Positions 38,484 to 49,141 of a stretch of 64,000 nt of DNA are shown here, one piece after another (position 1 is the stretch's first letter; the number at the start of each line of letters is the position of its first letter). The notes below the pieces were generated by a model. That model was not told the DNA's origin. It was given only the letters and a program-made list of their open reading frames with translations, and ran no database searches. The DNA lies in assembly GCA_036170915.1 (NCBI GenBank), contig JAVHQC010000006.1, positions 96,001 to 160,000 on the forward strand, given 5' to 3'. Source of the stretch: Cyanobacteria bacterium auto_48_18 (GTDB taxonomy: Bacteria; Cyanobacteriota; Vampirovibrionia; Obscuribacterales; Obscuribacteraceae). The position numbers were made by a program, and so were the translations under genes.

Positions 38484-41231
38484 TCAGCTGGCGTCCAGTA
38501 CCTTCAATTGTGAATGAACGCTTTCCAATTGTCTTGTCAGTTCGCTCAACTCGGTTTCAATCTTAGCCACCTTTGCAGGTGGTGCTTTCGATTTGAAATC
38601 AGGATTAGCGAGCTGTGAATTAGCTTTAGCTATTTCTTTTTCAATAGACGCCTTGCGCACATTGAGCTTTTCTTTTGATTTTGGAATATCAATTAGTTTC
38701 GCCAACGGCACATAAATATTGACTGAAGACACAGCTTCGCATGCCGCCATAGATGGTGGCGAGCAATCCATGCTGATATCGAGTGGGCTGGCTTTGGCCA
38801 GGCGCTCAATGTAAGTGGCACCATCGAGCAGACACTTCATCTCGTCTTCGTCCTGGCAAACAATCATTACTTCAGCTTGCGTAGAAGCTGGCACGTTGTA
38901 CGTTTGACGAATATTTCTGATGGAGCGAATTACGCGCATGAGAAATTCCATTTTTTCATCGGCATCGTCATCGATGAAGTTTTCATCAGGGCGCGGATAA
39001 GGCGCAAACATGATGGAGACAAAATCTTTAGGGAAGTACGACGATTTTGGAGTCTTGGTCCACAACTCTTCAGTGATGAAAGGCATAATCGGATGCAGTG
39101 CGCGCAGCAGCCCTTCGAATACGGTTTGCAGAACGGCTTTGGTCTGGCCGGTGCCTTCACCAGAAGCCGCTTCTTGCGCTAATTGAATTTTGGCAATTTC
39201 TACATACCAGTCACAGAAATCACTCCAGGTGAAGTCGTGTAGATGGTTAGCCGCTTTGTCAAAGTCATAGTCTTGGAAATACATTTGCAGGAGATCAAGC
39301 AAGACGTTATAGCGATTGAGAATCCAGCGGTCAGCCAGAGTGAGGTGCGCAGGATTGACACCTTTTGGCTCAAAGCCTTCGATTTGAGTCAAGACGAAAC
39401 GTCCGGCATTCCACAATTTGTTGGCGAAGCGTTTGTACTCATCTAATTTTTCAGGACGGAAACGCACATCTTGATCGCCCTTAATTCCCACTGAAGCGAA
39501 CCAGAAGCGATTAGCATCGGCGCCATAAGTGTCGATCATGTCCAGCGGGTCAACGGCATTGCCTTTTGATTTTGACATGCGCTTGCCGTCACCGGTCTGA
39601 ATAACCGGGTGAATGAGCACGTGTTTGAAAGGAATGGTTTTCATGAATTTCATAGACATGAAGATCATGCGGGCAACCCAGAGGTTGATAATTTCGCGAG
39701 CGGTAGAAAGTATCGTGGTGGGGAAGAACATCTTCATTTCTTTAGTGCTCTCGGGCCAGCCCAGAGTAGCAAAAGGCCAGAGGGCAGAGCTGAACCAGGT
39801 ATCAAGAACGTCTTCGTCTTGAGTCAGTTCGGCGGCGGGTGCCGAACATTTTTCGCAGCTTTCAGGCGCGCTTTCGTAAGCATCGATGTGATTGCATTTC
39901 TGGCAAGTCCAGATTGGAATGCGGTGGCCCCACCACAACTGTCTGCTGATGCACCAGTCGCGAATGTTTTTCATCCAATCTAAATATTGACTGGAATAGC
40001 GCTCTGGCACAAACTGCACTCTTTGCTCTTCAACCACTTCAATAGCCGGTTGAGCCAGTTCTTTCATGCTCAGATACCACTGATCGGTAAGCAGTGGTTC
40101 GATTACTGTTTGGCACCGCTCGCAGTGCCCAAGGCCCACGTTGTAATCGCGCGATTCTTGCAGCAACCCTAATTCTTCAAGTTTTAAAACCGTTTGCTTG
40201 CGGGCCTCAAAGCGTTCGACGTTGTGTAAAAATTCCGGTACATATTCACTGTTATTCAGGTTACCCTTCAAGTCAATGACGGTAAGCTGCGGCAGTTTAT
40301 GACGCACTCCTACTTCGTAGTCGTTGATGTCGTGAGCAGGTGTGATTTTTAGTGCCCCAGTACCAAATTCGCGCTCGACATAAGAGTCGGCAATTACTGG
40401 TATCAAGCGATTAGTGATTGGCAATTTTACGTTCTTGCCAATAAATGCTTTGTAGCGATCATCTTCAGGGTGCACAGCCACGGCCACGTCACCATAAAGT
40501 GACTCTGGTCTTGTGGTGGCCACAGCTAATTCGCCGCTGCCGTCTTCAAGTAAATACTTGATGCAATAAAGGTGGCCTTTCTTTTCGTCGTGTTCTACTT
40601 CCAGATCAGACAGACTGGTGGCACAACGCGGGCACCAGTTAGTGATGCGATTGCCACGGTAAATGAAACCCTCTTTATAAAGGGTGACAAATGCACGATA
40701 GATAGCCTTTACATAAGATTCGTCCATGGTGAAGGCCACGCGGTCCCAGCTGAAGCTGACACCGATGCGTTTGTATTGGGCCATGATCGAGTCGCCGTAC
40801 TGCACTCGCCATTCCCAAACTTTCTCAATAAATTTCTCGCGGCCTAACTGATGGCGATTGATGCCTTCTTTTTTCAGTTGCCGCTCCACTACCATCTGGG
40901 TGGAAATGCCGGCGTGGTCTGTGCCTGGCTGCCAGAGCACGTTGTAGCCCTGCATTCTCTTTAAGCGAATCAAAACATCTTGGATTGTGCCGTTGAGGGC
41001 ATGACCCATATGTAAATTGCCCGTAATGTTGGGTGGCGGCAAAGCCACCGAAAAATTCGGGCGGTCCGGATTCATTTCTAGATTGAATAATTTGTTTTCG
41101 TGCCAGTAAGTGGTCCAGCGGGCCTCTACTTCCTTCCAGTCGAAGGCATTAGAAGACGGCTTTTCGGCTTCATTAGAATCCTCTTTAATGGGATTGCCCT
41201 CTGTGGTATCTGCGGCGGAACTCTTAGCCAT
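38484..41231 (-). CDS. valS: Valine--tRNA ligase
   Basis: PPPNITGNLHMGH, GTDHAG, WCISRQLWWGH, DTWFSS, RMSKS, C-terminal coiled coil. Confidence 0.97.
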   Translation of the reverse strand: MAKSSAADTTEGNPIKEDSNEAEKPSSNAFDWKEVEARWTTYWHENKLFNLEMNPDRPNFSVALPPPNITGNLHMGHALNGTIQDVLIRLKRMQGYNVLWQPGTDHAGISTQMVVERQLKKEGINRHQLGREKFIEKVWEWRVQYGDSIMAQYKRIGVSFSWDRVAFTMDESYVKAIYRAFVTLYKEGFIYRGNRITNWCPRCATSLSDLEVEHDEKKGHLYCIKYLLEDGSGELAVATTRPESLYGDVAVAVHPEDDRYKAFIGKNVKLPITNRLIPVIADSYVEREFGTGALKITPAHDINDYEVGVRHKLPQLTVIDLKGNLNNSEYVPEFLHNVERFEARKQTVLKLEELGLLQESRDYNVGLGHCERCQTVIEPLLTDQWYLSMKELAQPAIEVVEEQRVQFVPERYSSQYLDWMKNIRDWCISRQLWWGHRIPIWTCQKCNHIDAYESAPESCEKCSAPAAELTQDEDVLDTWFSSALWPFATLGWPESTKEMKMFFPTTILSTAREIINLWVARMIFMSMKFMKTIPFKHVLIHPVIQTGDGKRMSKSKGNAVDPLDMIDTYGADANRFWFASVGIKGDQDVRFRPEKLDEYKRFANKLWNAGRFVLTQIEGFEPKGVNPAHLTLADRWILNRYNVLLDLLQMYFQDYDFDKAANHLHDFTWSDFCDWYVEIAKIQLAQEAASGEGTGQTKAVLQTVFEGLLRALHPIMPFITEELWTKTPKSSYFPKDFVSIMFAPYPRPDENFIDDDADEKMEFLMRVIRSIRNIRQTYNVPASTQAEVMIVCQDEDEMKCLLDGATYIERLAKASPLDISMDCSPPSMAACEAVSSVNIYVPLAKLIDIPKSKEKLNVRKASIEKEIAKANSQLANPDFKSKAPPAKVAKIETELSELTRQLESVHSQLKVLDAS

Positions 41232-41439
41232 TTTTCTCTCTTTAGTATGCAGGACGGCACTGGCAAATGATTATAACGGTGTCAAGAACTCAGGTTCAAC
41301 CAACCATTAAGCTACTTCTAGGCTTTGGCTCAACTACTAATGTATTGGTGTTAGAATTTTGTATCTGGCAAGAGGCAGCTACTGCTTTGACTTGACTACC
41401 GTCCGTCGCCTCACGGACCATGGAGCATTTGCATCCGGC

Positions 41440-42000
41440 ATGATTTCTAGTAACGATTTTCGCACGGGCGTGACGATTGAATATAACAATGGCGTCTGGC
41501 AAATAATTGAATTTCAGCACGTAAAACCTGGCAAAGGCGCCGCCTTCGTTCGGGCTAAAATGAGAAATATCGAGACCGGCAACGTGCTTGATAACACTTT
41601 CCGCGCTGGTGAAAAGCTGCCTCAGGCAATCGTTGAGAAGTCTGAGCTGACATATCTTTACAAGGCCGGCGAAAATTATGTGATGCAGAACATATCGAGC
41701 TGGGACCAGATTGAACTTAGTGCTAGTCAAATCGGACCAGGCGTTGAGTTTTTAAAAGACAACACTGAAGGCATTGTTATGCTTTCCTTTAATGACCGCA
41801 TGCTTGGCCTTGAATTGCCAAACACCGTAGAACTGGAAATCAGCGAATGCGCACCAGACGAAAGAGGCGATACCAGCTCTGGTGGCGGTAAGCCCGCAGT
41901 GCTGGAAACTGGAGCAACGATTACTGTGCCTTTCCACATTAAAGTGGGAGACAAAGTTAAGGTTGACACTAGAAACCGCAAATATTTGACACGCGTTTAA
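41440..42000 (+). CDS. efp: Elongation factor P
   Basis: MISSNDFRTG, HVKPGKGAAFVR, RGDT, KPAVLETG. Confidence 0.96.
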   Translation: MISSNDFRTGVTIEYNNGVWQIIEFQHVKPGKGAAFVRAKMRNIETGNVLDNTFRAGEKLPQAIVEKSELTYLYKAGENYVMQNISSWDQIELSASQIGPGVEFLKDNTEGIVMLSFNDRMLGLELPNTVELEISECAPDERGDTSSGGGKPAVLETGATITVPFHIKVGDKVKVDTRNRKYLTRV

Positions 42001-42008
42001 ATTGGGAA

Positions 42009-42530
42009 TTGCCAGTGAAGATAGACCTGCAGCAAATTAAAGAGTTGCTTGGAATTGTCAGTTCAACTGACGTTACCGAGTTCACCATCGAATTTGGTGA
42101 CCAGCGCATCACTGTCAAAAAAGACAGAGCAGCGCTTGCACAAGCCATAGAAGTTCCAGTACAGGCACGGCCGCAAGCGCAAGTTGCTGCTGTTGCTGTG
42201 GCTGAGCCGGTTAAAGCTCCGGCGCCTGAGCCGTCTGCTAAACCAGAGGCACCTTCTCACAGCGATGATAATGGCGCATCGGCTAATACCGTTGCCATCA
42301 CTTCGCCAATGGTCGGAACGTTTTATGGCCAACCCTCTCCCACGGCACCTTCTTTCGTTAAAATCAACGACAGAATTAGTGTTGGACAGACGGTTTGTAT
42401 CATCGAAGCAATGAAATTGATGAATGATTTGCCTTCTGAAGTGTCCGGCAAAATTGTCAAGATTTGCGTCGAGAGCGGTACAACCGTGGAGTATGGTCAA
42501 ACACTCTTCCTGGTTGATCCTAAAGGTTAA
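42009..42530 (+). CDS. accB: Acetyl-CoA carboxylase biotin carboxyl carrier protein
   Basis: [17 protein letters not shown] biotinylation motif. Confidence 0.96.
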   Translation: MPVKIDLQQIKELLGIVSSTDVTEFTIEFGDQRITVKKDRAALAQAIEVPVQARPQAQVAAVAVAEPVKAPAPEPSAKPEAPSHSDDNGASANTVAITSPMVGTFYGQPSPTAPSFVKINDRISVGQTVCIIEAMKLMNDLPSEVSGKIVKICVESGTTVEYGQTLFLVDPKG

Positions 42531-42538
42531 GAGCACAG

Positions 42539-43894
42539 ATGATTGAAAAGGTTCTGATCGCCAATCGTGGCGAGATTGCACTGAGAGTACTCAGGGCCTG
42601 TCGCGAACTCGGTATCGCCACTGTGGCCGTCTATTCTCAGGCAGACTCAGAGTCGCTGCATGTCAAACTGGCTGACGAAGCCTATTGCATCGGGCCGCCC
42701 CAGTCAGGTCGTAGCTATTTGCACATTCCTGCCATCATTTCCACAGCGGTGGTGACTGGCGCTGATGCAGTTCATCCTGGTTATGGTTTCCTTTCAGAGA
42801 ATGCTAACTTCGCTCAAATTTGCGCTGATCATCGCATCAAGTTTATTGGTCCGAGTGTGGAAGCAATTAATTCCATGGGTGACAAGTCGTCTGCCCGCGA
42901 AGCTATGCGCGCTGCAGGCGTACCCGTGGTGCCAGGCAGTCACGGTCTGATTGAAGACGAAGAAGAAGTGAGAAAGTTAGCCGATGAAATCGGTTATCCA
43001 ATTATCATTAAGGCCACTGCTGGTGGTGGCGGTCGCGGCATGCGTGTTGCCAACGATCAAGCCCAATTACTTAATGCCATGGCTTCTGCTACAAGCGAGG
43101 CAGCCGCTGCGTTTGGCAACGGTGGCGTGTACATTGAAAAATATCTCAAACCTATTCGCCACGTTGAAATTCAAGTAATGGCTGATAGCTTCGGCAATTG
43201 TATTCACCTCGGTGAGCGTGACTGCTCAGTGCAGAGACGACACCAGAAACTAATTGAAGAAACGCCAAGCCCTGTGCTCACTCCTGAATTGCGCGAGCGC
43301 ATGGGAGCAGCTGCAGTACGCGCTGCCAAGCAAATAGATTATGAGGGCGCGGGAACAGTCGAATTTATTCTTGCTGGTACCGATTTCTATTTCATGGAAA
43401 TGAATACTCGCATTCAAGTAGAACACCCTGTTACTGAGCTGGTTACAGGCATCGATTTGATCAAAGAACAAATTCGTGTTGCTTCTGGTATGCCACTGTC
43501 AGTCACTCAAAGCGAAATCGAGTTTCGTGGTCACGCCATTGAATGCCGTATTAATGCTGAAGATCCAGATCGCAATTTCTTGCCTTCACCAGGACGCGTC
43601 GATGCTTATATTGCACCAGGTGGGCCCGGCGTGCGCGTAGACAGTCATTGCTATCCTGGTTACGTCATTCCACCTTATTATGACTCACTGGTAAGTAAGC
43701 TTTGTGTCTGGGGCAAAGACAGAGACGAAGCCATATCGCGCATGCAGCGCGCTTTAGATGAGTACGCCATCACCGGAATTAGGACCACAATTCCCTTCCA
43801 CCAGCGCGTACTTGCTCATCCAATGTTCCGCAAAGGGCTTGATGTCAGCACTGACTTTATCGAAAGATATATGACCCCTCAGGAAGCAAAATAA
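42539..43894 (+). CDS. accC: Acetyl-CoA carboxylase biotin carboxylase
   Basis: [47 protein letters not shown]. Confidence 0.97.
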   Translation: MIEKVLIANRGEIALRVLRACRELGIATVAVYSQADSESLHVKLADEAYCIGPPQSGRSYLHIPAIISTAVVTGADAVHPGYGFLSENANFAQICADHRIKFIGPSVEAINSMGDKSSAREAMRAAGVPVVPGSHGLIEDEEEVRKLADEIGYPIIIKATAGGGGRGMRVANDQAQLLNAMASATSEAAAAFGNGGVYIEKYLKPIRHVEIQVMADSFGNCIHLGERDCSVQRRHQKLIEETPSPVLTPELRERMGAAAVRAAKQIDYEGAGTVEFILAGTDFYFMEMNTRIQVEHPVTELVTGIDLIKEQIRVASGMPLSVTQSEIEFRGHAIECRINAEDPDRNFLPSPGRVDAYIAPGGPGVRVDSHCYPGYVIPPYYDSLVSKLCVWGKDRDEAISRMQRALDEYAITGIRTTIPFHQRVLAHPMFRKGLDVSTDFIERYMTPQEAK

Positions 43895-43946
43895 AGCTTT
43901 AAAACAGGGGGTAAAATAAACAATCTAGCTTAGTTAGTGCCTTTTT

Positions 43947-44018
43947 GGCTCCGTAGCTCAATGGTGGAGCGTGCGACTCATAATCGCCTGGTTACTGGTT
44001 CGAATCCAGTCGGAGCCA
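43947..44018 (+). tRNA. tRNA with CAT anticodon (elongator Met most likely; Ile2 not excluded); CCA not encoded
   Basis: GGCTCCG/CGGAGCC-A acceptor; loop CT-CAT-AA; GTTCGAATC. G1:C72 paired and no 3GC anticodon stem, so not initiator. Confidence 0.92.
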
Positions 44019-44068
44019 ATCTTTTTTTGACATGATCAAAGCTAATTCGTCCCATGACCTTGTACGTT

Positions 44069-44644
44069 TTAGGCTAACAGCGCTTCTATGCGTTTGCGGA
44101 AGAGCGGTTGATCAAAAGATTCCATGGTCAAGAAGCTGGCTCCTAGAGCCTGAGTTGCAATCCTTAATCCATCGGTTAGTGAAGCATTTAAGACTGGTTC
44201 CAGGCTTAAGCAAACAAAAGGTATAGCCCTTAGACCGGGATCGCCCTTAACCCATCGCATTAAGTCAAAAACGCTTCTGTAATGACCGTCTTCGGCTTGC
44301 ATACGAATGTCAACTATAATTAGTTTGATATTTTCAGTCTTGAGAATATGAATGGCATTTGAGAAAGAGTTGCTGTTCGTGACGCTAGTAAAGTCTCCCA
44401 GACTGCCAATTAGGCGATTGATAGTTTCATAGTTTTCTGACACCGTCAAAATTTTTGCGAAATTAGTTGCAGCCTTGCGAACTACTTCGATGCGCTGTTC
44501 TAATGCATGTATGCCGCTTCTGATCATTTTAAGAGCGGCACTATCCACCGGTAAAATTCCCGCTTTAAGGACATACTCTAGTTGTGCCAGCATCATCATC
44601 CGGCACGCATCAAGCTCTGCCAGAATTGGGGGACTATTGTCCAT
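44069..44644 (-). CDS. Atypical response-regulator receiver-like protein with N-terminal helical extension
   Basis: IKLIIVDIRM, LMRWVKGDPGLRAIPFVCLS, ALGA; start MDNS inferred. Confidence 0.65.
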   Translation of the reverse strand: MDNSPPILAELDACRMMMLAQLEYVLKAGILPVDSAALKMIRSGIHALEQRIEVVRKAATNFAKILTVSENYETINRLIGSLGDFTSVTNSNSFSNAIHILKTENIKLIIVDIRMQAEDGHYRSVFDLMRWVKGDPGLRAIPFVCLSLEPVLNASLTDGLRIATQALGASFLTMESFDQPLFRKRIEALLA

Positions 44645-44848
44645 AAAACACCTGTGGGAAATTTTCCCGGTTCTCAAACGGTTGAATCGTGGAGACCCTG
44701 ACGACATCATAAACGAAATTAGACAAATTTATACTGTCTGCTACGGGCTAATTTGCTGTAGAGCTAGGCCTGCTGGGCTTTCACCGGTTACTGTCGATGA
44801 GATCCAGCAGCATCGCCTACGGTGCCTATGAAGGTATCACACATGGGC

Positions 44849-45055
44849 CTAGGCAGAGTTTCTGAATGTTGGGTCAGTAGCTGCCGCGAGCAGCGCTCTT
44901 AGTGACACAACTTTCTTATCAATAAGAACTAAACCGGATGTGATTGTTTTTCTTTCAATACTTGAATTGAGTAATTTTGGATCAGCAAGTAATTGAGCCA
45001 TTTTAAATTGTAAAACTTCCAATTCTGCCAACGTAAGTGCAAAGTCTTCGCTCAT
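44849..45055 (-). CDS. Small hypothetical protein
   Basis: 68 aa, GAGG RBS; resembles the N-terminus of the 44069 ORF. Confidence 0.55.
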   Translation of the reverse strand: MSEDFALTLAELEVLQFKMAQLLADPKLLNSSIERKTITSGLVLIDKKVVSLRALLAAATDPTFRNSA

Positions 45056-45094
45056 GTGTGCCTCTTCATACCACTTCCATGCAGACTCTATCTT

Positions 45095-45502
45095 TTAAGC
45101 CGCAAGGTTTGGCAAATCGGGAAATTCTGGAATAAACTGGTGCAAGATTTTCGATAATTCTTCAATTGAACAACCTTTTTTGAGCAATGCATCCATGCCT
45201 GCATCCAAACATTGGTGAATTGCAGAGAGCTCTGAAAGGCTGGAATAGGCAATAATCGGGACGCGTCTCATAGTGCCCAATTCGGTTTGTCTGATTTTCC
45301 TAGTGCATTCAAAGCCACTCATATCTTGCATTTCTAAATCCATGATAATCGCTGAATAGAAACAAAGTTTGATTTTCTCCAGGGCATCTGCGCCGCTGCC
45401 TGAGCCATCTCCGGCGAACCCAATCTTGCTAACTAAAATGACCATTGCGACAACGTTCAGAAGTTTGTCATCAACAACTAGGATGACCGGTCTCTTTACC
45501 AC
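45095..45502 (-). CDS. Single-domain response regulator
   Basis: ILVVDD, IIMDLEM, GFEC, PIIAYS, AGMD..LKK. Confidence 0.88.
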   Translation of the reverse strand: MVKRPVILVVDDKLLNVVAMVILVSKIGFAGDGSGSGADALEKIKLCFYSAIIMDLEMQDMSGFECTRKIRQTELGTMRRVPIIAYSSLSELSAIHQCLDAGMDALLKKGCSIEELSKILHQFIPEFPDLPNLAA

Positions 45503-45535
45503 TGAGCAGAATTCAAGTAGTTGCGTATTATCATG

Positions 45536-45952
45536 TTATTTGCCTGTGTGCACCTGTGACGAATGTAAGCGTAAAATATGACTGACGCGCGACCCAGCTA
45601 AATCAGATGTTGCCTGTAGGATGCGTGGCGCCTTTTTTTCATTCAGTCGCCTAATAGTTCTCTTGGCGCGCTCGGCAATAAAGGGATTGCTGTCTCCCAT
45701 TAATACGTTGAGTATTTCTACATTAAGGTTGTGGTTTTCTGCTATGGCAAATCTGAGATCAAGATTTTCGTCTCTGCTTAAGGCCATGACAGTCTCAATT
45801 GGTGTCATTCTATTTTCTGCAACTGCAATGCGAACATCAACATCTGAATGCCTAGCCAATGCATTTAGAACTGCAGGTGAGGTAAGCGTCTGTTCGGCGA
45901 GAGCCGCTGCCCATGCCGCTGTACAGTTTTGCCAGTTTAGTTGAGTCTCCAT
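45536..45952 (-). CDS. Leucine-rich-repeat-variant (LRV/HEAT-like) protein
   Basis: DVDVRIAVAENRMTP, NLDLRFAIAENHN repeats. Confidence 0.7.
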   Translation of the reverse strand: METQLNWQNCTAAWAAALAEQTLTSPAVLNALARHSDVDVRIAVAENRMTPIETVMALSRDENLDLRFAIAENHNLNVEILNVLMGDSNPFIAERAKRTIRRLNEKKAPRILQATSDLAGSRVSHILRLHSSQVHTGK

Positions 45953-46077
45953 GGTGTTGCCTCTGCTCTGTAAACCTCGCTGAAGCTTCATAAGAGGATC
46001 ACACGCTTACAAGCCTTGTCTACAGTCAGCATACTTGTTTCCTGGCGCACCATGCCGAATCTTAAGTATTAGCCTGT

Positions 46078-46533
46078 TTATGGATTACGAATCAAAGTCT
46101 CTTTGACGGTGCGCTTCATTTCACGAAAACCATCAGACACGTTTTCGGTCACTTCTTCTGAGCGCTGCCTGGCCTGGGTCAATTTGAGTTCGGCATTGGT
46201 GAAAAATTTGTCGTCCGGGCGCCCCTTTGATTTTGCATAGGTCGACTCTATCTGTCGCATCTGACTCATGGCGCGCTCAATGTTGCGAGTCGCCTCTTTG
46301 CTCTTGCCCAGCGCCTCCAGTAAAAAGAAACCGGCCGAACCTTGTCCGTGGGCAATATTGAGTAAAAGTAATTCTTCTCTCGTAAACTTGCGGTCAAAGG
46401 CTAATGACTCTTCGGCACTTTGACAATTGCTTTGAGCAAAAATGCCTGTACCAAGCAGTGTGCATATAACCGTAGTTTTGATAACAGTCTTCAGTGGCAG
46501 CGCTATTGTCACTTCTCTTCCAGCCATATCCAC
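46078..46533 (-). CDS. Hypothetical secreted/membrane-anchored protein
   Basis: 151 aa; N-terminal hydrophobic segment. Confidence 0.6.
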   Translation of the reverse strand: MDMAGREVTIALPLKTVIKTTVICTLLGTGIFAQSNCQSAEESLAFDRKFTREELLLLNIAHGQGSAGFFLLEALGKSKEATRNIERAMSQMRQIESTYAKSKGRPDDKFFTNAELKLTQARQRSEEVTENVSDGFREMKRTVKETLIRNP

Positions 46534-46597
46534 CTCAATTTGACCAACCAGAGTCTACAAGACTTGAGCTCTTCCTGATATTCTCAACTTAAATGGA

Positions 46598-47971
46598 GTG
46601 GTCATGGCTAAAAATTGGCTAAGCACAGCTCAATATTTGAATTTTGCCGCCATTATTTTATTGACGGCTACGCAAACCGCGGCATGGGCTCAATCTGCGC
46701 CATCGCCGGCGCCTGACAGCTTCGAGTTGAGTGCTCCGGTTTCAGACCTGCCTTTGCAATCGACCACATCTACTAACTCTCAATCTTCCAGCCAGAGCCT
46801 TGAGCAGAATCTCAATTTTGATACAGTGTCTGCTGGCCAGCTTCTGCTCTCAGGCATGGAGAATGCTCAATCTGACCGGCTGGAGCTGGCTATTCGTCAG
46901 TTTCAAGAGGTGATTCGTCGCGAACCAAACAATGTGTCGGCTCACAACAATTTAGCGGTTTGTTTGAAGCGTCAGGGCCACAACCGTGCTGCTCTCGATG
47001 AGTTTCGCAAGGCCATTGATAACAATCCAACCAGGCCTGAATTATTCAATAATTTGGCCCATTCTTATATTGCCACAGGTCAGTACGATCAGGCGGTGGA
47101 GGCACTCTATCGCGCATTGCGGCTCAATCCTGATTTTGCTGAAGCCCACCGCAACCTTGGTCATGTTTTGGCTTTAAAAGGCGATCATGATGCTGCCGTT
47201 ACAGCCTTTCAAGAAGCGCTGAAAGACAATCCGCAACTGCAAGACGTGCATGTTGACATGGGAGATTCGCTGCGAGCCTTGCGCCGTTATGAGCAGGCGT
47301 CAATCGAATATAAAACGGCTCAGAAAAATCTCCAAGACAAGAACGGCGTACTTGCGCGCGATATTCAGCTTCGCCTGGCCAAAAGTTATGAAGGCATGGG
47401 TGAGCTTGAGCAAGCGCGCACTATTCTTTCGGCTTTATTAGAGTCAAAGCCTGACGATACTGACTCGCTAAATTGTTTAGGAGTTGTATTGTGGAAAATG
47501 GATCATTTGCCTGAGGCTGTCTTTGTTTTAGAAAAGGCATTGAAGGTTGATGCCAGCTATCCTCAGGCGCGCAATAACCTGGGTATCGTGCTCTATCAGC
47601 TCAAACGTTACGAAGAAGCTGTAGACGTCTGGAGGCAGGCCCTTGGCCTCAAACCAGATTATCCGGAGGCACATTACAATATGGGCGTGGCACTTTACCA
47701 ATCAGGTTTGCTACAACAGTCATTAGATGCGTACAAAGAGTGTTTGAAATACGCACCGGTCGATGCTAATGCTCATAATAATTTAGGACTAGCATTATGG
47801 CGACTGGATCAAAAAAATGAGGCCATTGCAGAATGGCGTAAGGCCATTGAGTGCGATTCTAATTTAGCCCAGGCCTTTTCTAATCTTGGTCGTGCCTTAC
47901 ATAGTGGTGGCGCCAACAAAGAGCAAGTGGGTCCAAGTGGCTCAGATCTAAGTAAACTGGAGAGTCCTTGA
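46598..47971 (+). CDS. Secreted TPR protein
   Basis: Signal peptide ending AWA; about 10 TPRs (AHNNL, AEAHRNLG, PEAHYNMG). Confidence 0.9.
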   Translation: MVMAKNWLSTAQYLNFAAIILLTATQTAAWAQSAPSPAPDSFELSAPVSDLPLQSTTSTNSQSSSQSLEQNLNFDTVSAGQLLLSGMENAQSDRLELAIRQFQEVIRREPNNVSAHNNLAVCLKRQGHNRAALDEFRKAIDNNPTRPELFNNLAHSYIATGQYDQAVEALYRALRLNPDFAEAHRNLGHVLALKGDHDAAVTAFQEALKDNPQLQDVHVDMGDSLRALRRYEQASIEYKTAQKNLQDKNGVLARDIQLRLAKSYEGMGELEQARTILSALLESKPDDTDSLNCLGVVLWKMDHLPEAVFVLEKALKVDASYPQARNNLGIVLYQLKRYEEAVDVWRQALGLKPDYPEAHYNMGVALYQSGLLQQSLDAYKECLKYAPVDANAHNNLGLALWRLDQKNEAIAEWRKAIECDSNLAQAFSNLGRALHSGGANKEQVGPSGSDLSKLESP

Positions 47972-47974
47972 TAA

Positions 47975-48373
47975 ATGGAAAAAGCATTCGACGATTTCAG
48001 TTTTAAAGAAACGGCTCATACCGTGCAAGAAGCAATGGTCAATATTTTTTGCCGAATTATTTTTGACTGGGCTGTTCACGGTTTAGCCGTTGCTGCATTT
48101 TTCTTTTTGTTCGGCGCCATTCTTTTGACGCGTAAAAACAGGCTGTCTAAGCCCTTTTTCGCTGTGGGAAAAAAACTAGGAATTTTTTGCGCTATTGTCG
48201 CCGCGCCAGGTTTAATCACTCTTGCCACCACTGGCAGTCTTCCGCCCGTTGGCGTTTACAATGTCAACTCACTAGGTTTTCTTTGCCTGTGGAGCTTGAT
48301 CTGTGCTCATATGCTTGGCGAAGAAACCAATTATCAGTGGTTTGTTAAACAAAAAGCAGATAAGCTAGACTGA
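47975..48373 (+). CDS. Hypothetical membrane protein (3 TM)
   Basis: 132-aa hydrophobic ORF, 3 nt after the TPR gene. Confidence 0.7.
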   Translation: MEKAFDDFSFKETAHTVQEAMVNIFCRIIFDWAVHGLAVAAFFFLFGAILLTRKNRLSKPFFAVGKKLGIFCAIVAAPGLITLATTGSLPPVGVYNVNSLGFLCLWSLICAHMLGEETNYQWFVKQKADKLD

Positions 48374-48397
48374 AGGAAAGATTTTTGGGAGGAGCTG

Positions 48398-49117
48398 ATG
48401 AACATCTGGAAACAGAGCTTCTTTTTAGCAATGCCGGTATCAATAATTTGTATTGGCAGCGTTGAGGCCCAAAATTCAGGCGGCGCAGTCACAGGCCCAT
48501 ACAGCGGCTGGACACCCACCCATCAAGCGCCAACTGCCGGAGGCATGGGAATTTACGGCACGCCCGATTATCGCGGCGGCGCTCGCTATTATTTTTCAGG
48601 TTCGTACTTGTCTCCAGATAATCGGCCTCTGGTGTTTAATCCGCTTACACCTTTTATTTGGGGCATCAATAACAAACCGCCCGGCCTGGGTGATAACTGG
48701 TTTGTCGGCCGCGTCAACGGTGGCAATGTAGATTACTGGCGTGGCACTGCCGGCTATTTTTATCCATGGCTCAATGGTGGCGGAATGGTTACATACATCG
48801 GCCCAGGTGGAATACCAGTTACTCTTGGCGCCCCCATAATTTATTGGGGAGGTGGAGGCTCAGAGCCAATTTCGCAATTACCACCGCCGGCTATACAACT
48901 GGCTGATGCCGCGAAATTTTTAGACGATTCTTTCAAAGACAAAAAAGTATTGGAAGTTCGCTACAAACATCTGAAGCTGCGCACTTCTGATTTGCAAAAG
49001 AAAGAGCGCAGTTTGCGTATTGCTCAGGGTGGCGAACTTGATAAAGAAGGCGAAGCTGAAATCAGGCGTGATCTTGAAAGTTTGACCAAAGAAATGAACG
49101 CCAGCGTCAAGAGTTAA
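48398..49117 (+). CDS. Hypothetical secreted protein
   Basis: GGAG RBS; signal peptide; Gly/Pro/aromatic-rich N-half, helical C-terminus. Confidence 0.7.
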   Translation: MNIWKQSFFLAMPVSIICIGSVEAQNSGGAVTGPYSGWTPTHQAPTAGGMGIYGTPDYRGGARYYFSGSYLSPDNRPLVFNPLTPFIWGINNKPPGLGDNWFVGRVNGGNVDYWRGTAGYFYPWLNGGGMVTYIGPGGIPVTLGAPIIYWGGGGSEPISQLPPPAIQLADAAKFLDDSFKDKKVLEVRYKHLKLRTSDLQKKERSLRIAQGGELDKEGEAEIRRDLESLTKEMNASVKS

Positions 49118-49141
49118 AATCTAAAAGCTAGAATTTAAAGG

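Noticed and set aside
41359..41439. N-terminal extension of EF-P in the ORF track
   Set aside because: Family start MISSNDFR at 41440 fits better; the extension is a longest-ORF artefact.
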